From positions 1-46,853 of the forward strand of contig JANPNG010000213.1 of NCBI GenBank assembly GCA_031427355.1: a stretch of 46,853 nucleotides of DNA, in the 5' to 3' direction. Under the pieces are notes generated by a model. That model was not told the DNA's origin. It ran no database searches and worked only from the letters and a program-made list of their open reading frames with translations. The translations under genes and the position numbers were made by a program. The stretch's first letter is position 1, and each line of letters opens with the position of its first letter. Shown here one piece after another: positions 21,650-29,826 of the stretch. The DNA is from Hylemonella sp. GTDB taxonomy: Bacteria > Pseudomonadota > Gammaproteobacteria > Burkholderiales > Burkholderiaceae_C.

Positions 21650-23110
21650 ATGCTGCGCATTCATCCCGGCCCCGCCCACCCCCTGCATGACCTTGCGGCC
21701 ACGCGCGAGCTCGAAGCCACGGCCGCTGCAAGCCTGCCCGCGCACACCTTGATGCAGCGCGCCGGTCTGGCCACGGCCCGCCTGGCGCTGGCCCTGGCAC
21801 CCCACGCCCGCCACATCTGGGTGGCCTGCGGGCCGGGCAATAACGGTGGAGATGGCCTGGAGGCTGCCCTGCAACTGCAACGCATGGGAAAGACGCCTGT
21901 GGTCACTTGGCTCGGGGCTGCGCAGACTGCACCTGTGGACGCCGCAGCGTCTCACGCAAGGGCTTTAGCGGCTGGCGTCACCTTTGCCCTGGAGCCACCA
22001 CCCGAATGCGATCTGTGCATCGATGCGTTGCTCGGCATTGGGGCCAGTCGCCCCGCACAGGGTCAGATGGCCGAGTGGATCGATCACATCAACACCCTAA
22101 GTGCGCCTGTGCTCGCCATGGACCTGCCCTCGGGCCTGAACGCGGACACCGGGGCGACCACTGGCCCCTGCGTCAAAGCGAGCCACACCCTGTGTCTGCT
22201 CACCCTCAAACCCGGTCTGTTCACTGCTCAGGGGCGGGATTGCTCAGGGCAAGTCTGGTTTGAATCTCTGTCAGCAGCTTCCTTCGACTTCGCAGCCGCC
22301 AGTGCTGAACCTTGCGCCGTTTTAAACGCTGCGCCAGCAGAGGGCGAGCGACCACACGTCTCGCACAAAGGCAGTAACGGCGATGTCGCCGTGATCGGCG
22401 GTGCACCTGGCATGACGGGGGCCGCCCTTCTCGCAGCCAGCGCCGCGCTGCACCACGGTGCGGGACGGGTCTTTGTCGGCCTGCTGGACGGTGGTGCCAT
22501 GACAGTGGATCCAACTCAGCCCGAGCTGATGTTTCGTCCCATCGACACCCTGGAGACTGCGACCATGACGGTGGTGTGCGGTTGCGGGGGTGGCTTGGCA
22601 ATTGCCGCTCATTTGGGCAAAATTTTATCAACCCCACTGCGCTTGGTGCTCGACGCCGATGCTCTTAATTTAATAGCTGTTGACGCACAACTTGAAAGGC
22701 TTTTAAAGGCAAGACAGTCTCGAAACCGACTCACGGTTCTCACGCCCCACCCGCTGGAAGCCGCTCGCTTGCTGGGCATCAGCACTACAGAAGTTCAGCG
22801 CAACCGTTTGGCCGCTACCGAGCAATTGGCGCAACGCATGGGCTGCACGGTGGTGCTCAAAGGCTCTGGCAGCGTCATTGCCAGCCCAGGAGAACGCAGC
22901 GTCATCAATCCAACAGGTAACGCCAGATTAGCCACGGCAGGCACGGGCGACGTGCTGGCGGGAATGATGGGGGCACGGCTGGCCGCTGGCGCATCGACAT
23001 CATCTGCGGCCCATCAAGCGGCCTGTGAGGCTGTTTACCTGCACGGCCTGAAGGCCAATCACTGGCCCGCCGATCAGCCTTTGACAGCGGGCGCACTGGC
23101 ACGGGCCTAG
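21650..23110 (+). CDS. nnr: Bifunctional NAD(P)H-hydrate repair enzyme (epimerase plus ADP-dependent dehydratase)
   Basis: 486 aa. The N-terminal YjeF_N domain has GPGNNGGDGLEAA. The C-terminal carbohydrate-kinase-like domain has LDADALNL, TPHPLEAARL, VLKGSGS and GTGDVLAG. Confidence 0.9.
   Translation: MLRIHPGPAHPLHDLAATRELEATAAASLPAHTLMQRAGLATARLALALAPHARHIWVACGPGNNGGDGLEAALQLQRMGKTPVVTWLGAAQTAPVDAAASHARALAAGVTFALEPPPECDLCIDALLGIGASRPAQGQMAEWIDHINTLSAPVLAMDLPSGLNADTGATTGPCVKASHTLCLLTLKPGLFTAQGRDCSGQVWFESLSAASFDFAAASAEPCAVLNAAPAEGERPHVSHKGSNGDVAVIGGAPGMTGAALLAASAALHHGAGRVFVGLLDGGAMTVDPTQPELMFRPIDTLETATMTVVCGCGGGLAIAAHLGKILSTPLRLVLDADALNLIAVDAQLERLLKARQSRNRLTVLTPHPLEAARLLGISTTEVQRNRLAATEQLAQRMGCTVVLKGSGSVIASPGERSVINPTGNARLATAGTGDVLAGMMGARLAAGASTSSAAHQAACEAVYLHGLKANHWPADQPLTAGALARA
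22660..22710 (+). repeat. AT-rich 42-nt motif, copy d (inside nnr), with a duplicated AAAGGC tail
   Basis: TGCTCTTAATTTA-ATAGCT-GTTGACGCA-CAACTTGAAAGGCT, followed by TTTAAAGGC. It encodes ALNLIAVDAQLERLLKA using TTA, ATA, AGG and AGA codons. Confidence 0.75.
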
Positions 23111-23145
23111 TACTTGGGTTTAACCGAGATTCTTCAGTAGAGATT

Positions 23146-23205
23146 CCGTTCGGGCTGAGCTTGTCGAAGCTTGGGCAGCCCTTCGACAAGCTCAGGGTGA
23201 ACGGG
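23146..23205. repeat. REP-like imperfect palindrome between convergent nnr and the SDR gene
   Basis: CCGTTCGGGCTGAGCTTGTCGAAG (23146-23169) pairs with CTTCGACAAGCTCAGGGTGAACGGG (23181-23205). This gives a 15-bp perfect stem, a 3x3 internal loop, 6 further bp and an 11-nt loop. Confidence 0.7.
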
Positions 23206-23214
23206 ATGAATGAA

Positions 23215-23970
23215 TCAACCCCGACCCACAAACGGCATCTTGGTCGCCATCACGGTGTGGAACAAGATGTTGGCTTCCAGTGGCAAGTTGGCCATGTACA
23301 GCACCGATTGACCCACAATGTTCACGTCCATCAGCGGCTCAATGGCGATTTCACCGTTGGCCTGAAGAATGCCCTTGGCCATGCGTGCCGCCATCTCGGT
23401 GGCCGCATTGCCAATGTCAATCTGACCCACGGCGATGTCGTACTTGCGGCCATCAAGTGAGGCTGTTTTGGTCAAACCCATGACACCGTGCTTGGTCGCG
23501 GTGTAGGCGATGGAGTTGGGCCGGGGCGTATGGGCCGAGATGGAGCCGTTGTTGATGATGCGCCCACCGCGTGGAGTCTGCACCTTCATCACACGAAACG
23601 CCTGCTGAATGCACAGGAACATGCCGGTGAAATTGATGTCCACCACGTTCTTCCATTGTTCAACCGTGAGGTCTTCCAGCGCGATACCCGGTGCATTCAC
23701 GCCCGCATTGTTGAACAACACGTTCAAGTGGCCAAAGGTATTAACGGTGGTATCAAACAAATGCTTCACAGCCTGCGGGTCCGATACATCGGTGGAAACC
23801 ACCAGCGCCCGCTCACCCGCGCCGCTTTCCGTGGCGACCAGTTGCAAAGGCTCGGCGCGGCGACCCGCCAAAGCCACGTGGTAACCGTCTTTGAGCAAGG
23901 CCAGCGCTGCGGCCTTGCCCACGCCGGTACCGGCACCGGTGACGATGGCAACGCGTTTGATGGAACTCAT
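23215..23970 (-). CDS. Short-chain dehydrogenase/reductase (SDR) family oxidoreductase
   Basis: 251 aa with the [10 protein letters not shown] cofactor motif, NNAG and a YTATK catalytic motif. AGGAGA lies 8 nt upstream of the ATG. Confidence 0.88.
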   Translation of the reverse strand: MSSIKRVAIVTGAGTGVGKAAALALLKDGYHVALAGRRAEPLQLVATESGAGERALVVSTDVSDPQAVKHLFDTTVNTFGHLNVLFNNAGVNAPGIALEDLTVEQWKNVVDINFTGMFLCIQQAFRVMKVQTPRGGRIINNGSISAHTPRPNSIAYTATKHGVMGLTKTASLDGRKYDIAVGQIDIGNAATEMAARMAKGILQANGEIAIEPLMDVNIVGQSVLYMANLPLEANILFHTVMATKMPFVGRG

Positions 23971-24068
23971 GTGATTTTTCTCCTGAATAAATGGGTAAGC
24001 ACTTCGCTAAGGGTTAAGGGATCAAGTCAAAACTGCCAGGGTGGTCACCGTCGATATTAACTTGGGAA

Positions 24069-26345
24069 TTAACGTCGAGATTTGCGGCCTTTGACCTTGC
24101 CAGATTCTTTGCTGCCTGCCTCTTTATTGGCGGTGGCCTTAAGGGCCTGAATGGGTGAGGGATGAGCCCGGGCCTGCGCCGCCTCAGCCTTCTTGGAAGC
24201 ACGTCGGCGCGAGCCTTTAGGACTCACAGCCTCATCAAAGCGACGCTCATTCTCCGGCGGCAAGCCCTTGTCCTTCATGGCCCGTGCCACGCGCTCTTCG
24301 CCCTCGTTCACCAAGCGGAAGTCAATGCGCCGGCCATCTAAGTCCACCCGACTCACCTGCACGCGCACCCGTGTACCCACCGCGTAGCGGATGCCGGTGC
24401 GCTCGCCCCGCAGCTCCTGGCGGGCCTCGTCAAAGCGGAAATACTCGCCGCCCAACTCAGTGATGTGCACCAGGCCTTCCACATACATGGCGTCCAGCGT
24501 CACAAAGATGCCAAAACCGGTGGCCGCTGTGACGATGCCGCTGTACTCCTCGCCCAAATGCTCGCGCATGTACTTGCATTTGAGCCAAGCTTCTACATCG
24601 CGGCTGGCTTCGTCGGCCCGGCGTTCGTTGGCACTGCAATGCAGACCTGCGGCCTGCCAGGCCATTTGTTCAGCACTGGTTTTTTTAGGTTTGGCTCCAC
24701 CTGCCTTGAGCTTGGCCGCATCGCTTTTTTCGATCCGGCGCGAGAGCTTGGCATGCGCCTCGCCCGGTGTGGGCAAAGTCGGCAGTTGGTAACGGGTCTT
24801 GCCCAGAATGGCTTTGATGACGCGGTGCACCAGCAGATCGGGGTACCGACGGATCGGGCTGGTGAAGTGCGTGTAGGCGTCAAACGCCAAACCAAAGTGC
24901 CCACTGTTGGCTGGGGTGTAGATCGCCTGCTGCATGGAGCGCAGCAGCATCGAGTGGATTTGCTGCGCGTCCGGGCGGTCTTTGGTGGCCAGAGCAATCG
25001 CCTGGAACTCGCCGGGTGAAGGGTCGTCGCTGATCGTCAAGCCCACCCCGGTGGCCTTGAGGTAGTTGCGCAACAGCTCATTCTTCTCGGGCGTCGGGCC
25101 TTCGTGCACGCGAAACAGGCCTGCTTGCTTGCTCTGGGCGATGAAGTCCGCACTGCACACATTGGCCGCCAGCATGGCTTCTTCAATCAGGCGGTGCGCC
25201 TCGTTGCGGGTGCGCGGCACAATTTTCTCAATGCGTCCGCTTTCGTCGCAAACAATCTGCGTTTCTGTCGTCTCAAAATCAACGGCACCGCGTTTACCGC
25301 GGGCCACCAGCAAGGCGCGGTACACCTCAGAGAGGTTGAGCAAATCACCCACGCGCTCTTTGCGCCGCAGCGCCTCCGGCCCGTTGGTGTTGGTCAAAAT
25401 CGCAGCCACTTCGGTGTAGGTGAAGCGCGCATGGCTCCACATCACCGCCGGGTAGAACTGGTAGGCCGAGACCTCGCCCTCGGTCGTCACAAACATGTCG
25501 CATACCATGCACAGACGCTCAACCTCGGGGTTCAAAGAGCACAGACCGTTAGAGAGCTTCTCCGGCAGCATGGGGATCACGCGGCGCGGGAAATAGACAC
25601 TGGTGGCGCGCTCATACGCGTCCACGTCAATGGCCGAGCCGGTCTCGACATAGTGACTCACATCCGCAATGGCCACCAGCAAACGCCAGCCTTTGACGGC
25701 CGATCGGCCTTTGCCCTGCGTAGAAGGCTCGCAATACACCGCGTCATCAAAGTCGCGCGCGTCTTCACCGTCAATCGTCACCAAGGGCACATCGGTCAGG
25801 TCAACGCGGTGTCGCTTGTCCTCAGGGCGCACCTTGTCAGGCAGGCCCCGCGCCAAGGCAATGCAAGCGTCTGAGAACACATGCGGCACGCTGTACTTGC
25901 GCACGGCAATTTCAATCTCCATGCCGGGGTCATCCACCTCACCCAGCACCTCTTTGACGCGGCCCACAGGCTGGCCAAACAGTGAGGGCGGCTCGACCAA
26001 CTCCACCACCACCACCTGGCCCGCTTTGGCGTCGCCGGTGGCGCTCTTGGGAATCATCACATCTTGGCCGTAGCGTTTGTCCTCAGGGGCCACGATCCAG
26101 ATACCGCTTTCATGCAGCAAGCGCCCAATGATGGGCTGCGGTGGCCGCTCGATGATCTCTACCACGCGCCCTTCGGGGCGACCCTTGCGGTCCGAGCGTG
26201 CGATGCGCACCTTGATGCGGTCTTTGTGCAAGACGGCGCGCATCTCGTTGGGCGGCAGATAGATGTCGGGCTCGCCATCGTCACGGGTAACAAAACCATG
26301 GCCGTCGCGGTGTCCTTGAACAACGCCTTCAATTTCGTCCAGCAA
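24069..26345 (-). CDS. rnr: Ribonuclease R (start codon uncertain)
   Basis: 758 aa with cold-shock-like domains, the RNB core (VTIDGEDARDFDDAV, HFGLAFDAYTHFTSPIRRYPDL), an S1 domain and a Lys/Arg-rich tail. The only canonical in-frame start after the upstream stop is TTG at 26345. See the findings. Confidence 0.88.
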   Translation of the reverse strand: MLDEIEGVVQGHRDGHGFVTRDDGEPDIYLPPNEMRAVLHKDRIKVRIARSDRKGRPEGRVVEIIERPPQPIIGRLLHESGIWIVAPEDKRYGQDVMIPKSATGDAKAGQVVVVELVEPPSLFGQPVGRVKEVLGEVDDPGMEIEIAVRKYSVPHVFSDACIALARGLPDKVRPEDKRHRVDLTDVPLVTIDGEDARDFDDAVYCEPSTQGKGRSAVKGWRLLVAIADVSHYVETGSAIDVDAYERATSVYFPRRVIPMLPEKLSNGLCSLNPEVERLCMVCDMFVTTEGEVSAYQFYPAVMWSHARFTYTEVAAILTNTNGPEALRRKERVGDLLNLSEVYRALLVARGKRGAVDFETTETQIVCDESGRIEKIVPRTRNEAHRLIEEAMLAANVCSADFIAQSKQAGLFRVHEGPTPEKNELLRNYLKATGVGLTISDDPSPGEFQAIALATKDRPDAQQIHSMLLRSMQQAIYTPANSGHFGLAFDAYTHFTSPIRRYPDLLVHRVIKAILGKTRYQLPTLPTPGEAHAKLSRRIEKSDAAKLKAGGAKPKKTSAEQMAWQAAGLHCSANERRADEASRDVEAWLKCKYMREHLGEEYSGIVTAATGFGIFVTLDAMYVEGLVHITELGGEYFRFDEARQELRGERTGIRYAVGTRVRVQVSRVDLDGRRIDFRLVNEGEERVARAMKDKGLPPENERRFDEAVSPKGSRRRASKKAEAAQARAHPSPIQALKATANKEAGSKESGKVKGRKSRR

Positions 26346-26527
26346 TCCGCTGGTTGGATTGGTATTTTTGATAAAAAACTCTCTCTCCTGGAAGCCCAGG
26401 TGCTTTGAATAAATTTGGGTTGACGTTCGAGTTGGGTGGAACGAAAAAAGATCGTGTTTCAGAGGGCCAACTCAATGAAAACCATCGAAACCCCCTCTGG
26501 GCCTATGCTATACTAGCACTCGTTGTG

Positions 26528-26614
26528 GCCCAGGTGGCGAAATTGGTAGACGCACCAGCTTCAGGTGCTGGCGTTCGCAAGGACGTGGAAGTTCGAGTCT
26601 TCTCCTGGGCACCA
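26528..26614 (+). tRNA. tRNA-Leu (anticodon CAG), class II with a long variable arm, CCA encoded
   Basis: Acceptor stem GCCCAGG/CCTGGGC, anticodon stem-loop CCAGC-TTCAGGT-GCTGG, T-loop GTTCGAGTC, discriminator A and CCA. Very similar to my recollection of E. coli tRNA-Leu(CAG). Confidence 0.93.
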
Positions 26615-26619
26615 CTTTG

Positions 26620-26655
26620 AAAAGCCCCATGCATTTGCATGGGGCTTTTTCTTTG
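26620..26655 (+). terminator. Rho-independent terminator after tRNA-Leu (possibly bidirectional with rimO)
   Basis: AAAGCCCCATGCA-TTT-TGCATGGGGCTTT followed by TTCTTT gives a 13-bp stem. It sits between the tRNA 3' end and the convergent rimO stop at 26675. Confidence 0.85.
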
Positions 26656-26674
26656 GGGTTTTGACGCTTTGAAA

Positions 26675-28057
26675 TCAGATCGGCAAAGCGACCAAATCAT
26701 GGCCCTGCGTGCCCACAATGCGAGCGCGCGTGAACTCACCCACCTTGAGCGTCTTGCTGATCTTCTCTGGTGGCAGTAATCTCACCGTGCCATCAATCTC
26801 TGGTGCATCGGCATAGGTACGGCCCACGCCACCCTTGCGGCCCATTGCAGGGGCGGAGTCCACCAGCACCTGCATCGTGGCCCCTACGCGGCGTTGCAAC
26901 TTGGCGGCTGACACTTCTTCGGCCACGGCCATGAAACGGGCGCGCCGCTCTTCGCGCAACTCAAACGGCAACATGCCAGGGATGTCATTGGCCGCAGCGC
27001 CTTTGACCGGGCTGTAGGCAAAGCAACCCGCGCGGTCAATCTGCGCCTCGCGCATGAAGTCAAGCAGGTGCTCGAACTCACTCTCAGTCTCACCCGGAAA
27101 ACCGGCGATAAAGGTGCTGCGAATCACGATCTCGGGGCAGATCTCGCGCCAGTTCTGAATGCGCTCCAGGTTGCGCTCGCCACTGGCCGGGCGCTTCATG
27201 CGTTTGAGCACATCAGGGTGGCTATGCTGCAAAGGCACGTCCAGGTAAGGCAGCACCTTGCCGGTGGCCATCAGCGGGATAATCTCGTCCACACTCGGGT
27301 AGGGGTACACGTAGTGCAAGCGCACCCAAGCCCCATAGGGCTCGGCCATTTCGCCCAGCGTCTGCACCAACTCCAGCATGCGGGTTTTGACCGGCGTGCC
27401 ATCAAAGAAACCTGTGCGATATTTCACGTCAACGCCGTAAGCCGAAGTATCTTGGCTGATCACCAGCAACTCTTTGACGCCGCCTTCAAACAGGGCGCGC
27501 GCCTCCTTGAGCACATCGCCAATCGGGCGCGACACCAAATCGCCGCGCATGGACGGGATGATGCAAAACGTGCAGCGGTGGTTGCAGCCTTCGCTGATCT
27601 TCAGGTAGGCGTAATGGCGTGGCGTGAGCTTGATGCCCGCAATGCCAAAGGGGCTGGGCACCAGGTCAATGAAAGGATTGTGCGGCTTGGGCAAGTTGGC
27701 GTGCACCGCGTCCATCACTTCTCGCGTGGCGTGCGGGCCAGTGACAGCCAGCACCTTGGGGTGCATCTGGCGCACCAGATTGCCGCCGTCTTCGCCCGTC
27801 TTGGCGCCCAGGCAGCCGGTGACGATGACCCGACCGTTCTCGGCCAGCGCCTCGCCAATCGTGTCCAGGCTTTCTTTGACCGCATCGTCAATAAAGCCGC
27901 AGGTGTTGACGATAACCAGATCCGCACCTTCAAAAGTCTTGACCGTTTCATAGCCCTCGGCGTTCAACTGCGTGAGGATCAATTCGGAATCGGTCAGCGC
28001 CTTGGGGCAGCCCAGGCTGACAAATCCAATTTTGGCGGTAGTCGGTACGGCGGACAT
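26675..28057 (-). CDS. rimO: Ribosomal protein S12 methylthiotransferase
   Basis: Collinear with RimO: [17 protein letters not shown], the radical-SAM motif [19 protein letters not shown], and a C-terminal TRAM domain. I prefer ATG at 28057 to the ORF-track TTG at 28072. Confidence 0.9.
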   Translation of the reverse strand: MSAVPTTAKIGFVSLGCPKALTDSELILTQLNAEGYETVKTFEGADLVIVNTCGFIDDAVKESLDTIGEALAENGRVIVTGCLGAKTGEDGGNLVRQMHPKVLAVTGPHATREVMDAVHANLPKPHNPFIDLVPSPFGIAGIKLTPRHYAYLKISEGCNHRCTFCIIPSMRGDLVSRPIGDVLKEARALFEGGVKELLVISQDTSAYGVDVKYRTGFFDGTPVKTRMLELVQTLGEMAEPYGAWVRLHYVYPYPSVDEIIPLMATGKVLPYLDVPLQHSHPDVLKRMKRPASGERNLERIQNWREICPEIVIRSTFIAGFPGETESEFEHLLDFMREAQIDRAGCFAYSPVKGAAANDIPGMLPFELREERRARFMAVAEEVSAAKLQRRVGATMQVLVDSAPAMGRKGGVGRTYADAPEIDGTVRLLPPEKISKTLKVGEFTRARIVGTQGHDLVALPI

Positions 28058-28099
28058 AGGTTGAGTTTTCAATGAAGGAGCTTCGCAAATTTTGCGTTG

Positions 28100-28633
28100 T
28101 TAACGTTTAAGACCAAAGGTTTCGAGCATCTGCTCGGTCTGCTTTTGCATCTGTTCCTGAAACTGGAGCACCATGTTTTTGGACTGCTCCAAGTTATTGT
28201 TCATCAGGCCGTGAATCGAGGGCGACTGCAAACCCATGAACTGCGCCCACAGCTCAGGCGTCATTTGCTTGGATTGCTCACCCAGTTTGGTCTGCACATC
28301 CTGCATGGCATGGATGTTTTTCTCCAGATAGCTACCCATGAAGCCGTGCATGGCCTGACCATAAAAACGAATAATGCTGGAGAGCACTTCCGTGGTGAAC
28401 ATGGGCGTGCCGCAGTCTTCTTCTTCCAGAATGATTTGCAGCAGGATGCTGCGCGTCAGATCGTCACCGGTCTTGGCGTCTTGCACCACAAAGGGACTGT
28501 TTTTAAGCACCAATTGCTTGATCTCGGCCAAGGTAATGTAGGTCGAGGCATTGGTGTCGTACAGACGACGGTTGGGGTATTTTTTGATGACATGCCCGCT
28601 CTGCGCCGCATGACCACTCTTTTTGCTTTTCAT
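28100..28633 (-). CDS. phaR: Polyhydroxyalkanoate synthesis repressor PhaR
   Basis: IKKYPNRRLYDTNASTYITLAEIKQLV is the PhaR N-terminal DNA-binding signature. ATG at 28633 lies 8 nt after GAGGTGA. Confidence 0.88.
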   Translation of the reverse strand: MKSKKSGHAAQSGHVIKKYPNRRLYDTNASTYITLAEIKQLVLKNSPFVVQDAKTGDDLTRSILLQIILEEEDCGTPMFTTEVLSSIIRFYGQAMHGFMGSYLEKNIHAMQDVQTKLGEQSKQMTPELWAQFMGLQSPSIHGLMNNNLEQSKNMVLQFQEQMQKQTEQMLETFGLKR

Positions 28634-28694
28634 GACTGAATTCACCTCTTGCCAACGATCATGCCGATCAAGCCAGATCGACTAGACGACTATA

Positions 28695-28705
28695 TTGCAC
28701 TGCAA
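28695..28705. promoter_or_regulatory. TTGCA-C-TGCAA palindrome upstream of phaR (candidate autoregulatory operator)
   Basis: A perfect 5-1-5 palindrome about 60 nt upstream of the phaR ATG. It abuts a minus-strand TATAGT (28689-28694). PhaR operators described in other bacteria are TGC-rich palindromes, so this is inference. Confidence 0.25.
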
Positions 28706-28784
28706 CACATGGGTGGGAGATCATCTGCCGAATATCCTCAAAGATTACTTTGAGGTGGCAAAAGAGATGCAGAAAACGGAAAAT

Positions 28785-28861
28785 TGGTAGGCGCGATTGG
28801 ACTCGAACCAACGACCCCCACCATGTCAAGGTGGTGCTCTAACCAGCTGAGCTACGCGCCT
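28785..28861 (-). tRNA. tRNA-Val (anticodon GAC), CCA encoded
   Basis: The minus strand reads AGGCGCG-TA-GCTCAGCTGGTTAGAGC-A-CCACC-TTGACAT-GGTGG-GGGTC-GTTGG-TTCGAGT-CCAAT-CGCGCCT-A-CCA. This is a complete cloverleaf, close to my recollection of E. coli tRNA-Val(GAC). Confidence 0.93.
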
Positions 28862-29013
28862 ACAAGTCTCCGCGAGGCCGAAGTATAGCAGCAAAATTAA
28901 AGGATTTTCTGCCATGAAGCGATACGTGATAATTTGAGTTGCTGAAACTTGCGAGACGGCTCGCAGTCACGCGTCATTCAGTCAGATCAATCACCCAAAC
29001 ATCAGGAAATCAC

Positions 29014-29772
29014 ATGGACATTCCAGGCAAGGTATTCATCGTCACCGGCGGCGCGTCGGGCTTGGGCGAAGGCACGGCACGCATGCTCGCGGCCAAAGGC
29101 GGCATCATCGTGATTGCCGACATGCAAGCCGATAAAGGCGAGACCGTTGCCAAAGAGATTGGCGGCGCCTTCGTCAAGTGCGACGTGACCTCCGAGGCCG
29201 ATGGCCAGGCCGTGGTCGCCAAGGCCACGACCCTGGGCAAGCTCATGGGCCTGGTGAACTGCGCTGGCATTGCCACGGGTGAAAAAACCGTGGGCAAAAA
29301 CGGGCCTCACAATTTTGAGAACTTCAAGCGCACCGTCACCATCAACCTGATCGGCAGCTTCAACATGATCCGCTTGGCCGCCGACGCCATGTGCAAAAAC
29401 GAGCCCGAACCCACGATGGAGCGTGGCTGCATCATCAGCACGGCCTCGGTCGCGGCTTACGACGGCCAAATTGGCCAGGCCGCCTACAGCGCTTCCAAAG
29501 GTGGCATTGTCGGCATGACGCTGCCCATCGCCCGTGACCTGTCGCGCAACGGCATTCGCAACATGACCATCGCCCCCGGCATCATGGGCACACCCATGAT
29601 GTTTGGCATGCCGCAAGAAGTGCAGGACTCCTTGGCCGCGGCCGTGCCCTTTCCCAGTCGTCTGGGCACACCGCAGGACTACGCCAAGCTGGCTGTTCAT
29701 ATTTTCGAGAACGACTTGCTGAATGGCGAAACCATCCGCCTGGATGGTGCCATTCGCTTGGCCCCGAAGTAA
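29014..29772 (+). CDS. SDR-family 3-hydroxyacyl-CoA dehydrogenase (HSD10 / 3-hydroxy-2-methylbutyryl-CoA dehydrogenase-like)
   Basis: ATG at 29014 follows AGGAA. The product begins MDIPGKVFIVTGGASGLGEGTARML and has the YSASKGGIVGMTLPIARDL catalytic motif. The 25 upstream ORF codons are discarded. Confidence 0.85.
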   Translation: MDIPGKVFIVTGGASGLGEGTARMLAAKGGIIVIADMQADKGETVAKEIGGAFVKCDVTSEADGQAVVAKATTLGKLMGLVNCAGIATGEKTVGKNGPHNFENFKRTVTINLIGSFNMIRLAADAMCKNEPEPTMERGCIISTASVAAYDGQIGQAAYSASKGGIVGMTLPIARDLSRNGIRNMTIAPGIMGTPMMFGMPQEVQDSLAAAVPFPSRLGTPQDYAKLAVHIFENDLLNGETIRLDGAIRLAPK

Positions 29773-29778
29773 CTCACC

Positions 29779-29820
29779 CGCTACATTTTTGATAGCTGCT
29801 CACGCATATATTTAGCTGGA
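29779..29820 (+). repeat. AT-rich 42-nt motif, copy e (intergenic, between the SDR stop and ggt start)
   Basis: CGCTACATTTTTG-ATAGCT-GCTCACGCA-TATATTTAGCTGGA. Confidence 0.75.
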
Positions 29821-29826
29821 TATGCC

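Noticed and set aside
26509-26514. A shared GCTATACT octamer upstream of both tRNA genes (26507-26514 on the + strand; 28882-28889 on the minus strand), considered as a tRNA promoter -10 box.
   Set aside because: It is plausible as a -10 element, but the -35 regions are poor (TCGAAA or none) and the distances to the mature 5' ends differ (13 versus 20 nt). The tRNA-Val instance also overlaps a weak copy of the AT-rich motif. The evidence is too thin to annotate.
26528-28861. tRNA-Leu and tRNA-Val as possible integration sites of genomic islands.
   Set aside because: There is no integrase, no direct repeat of the tRNA 3' end and no compositional break nearby. The flanking genes (rnr, rimO, phaR, an SDR) are ordinary chromosomal genes.
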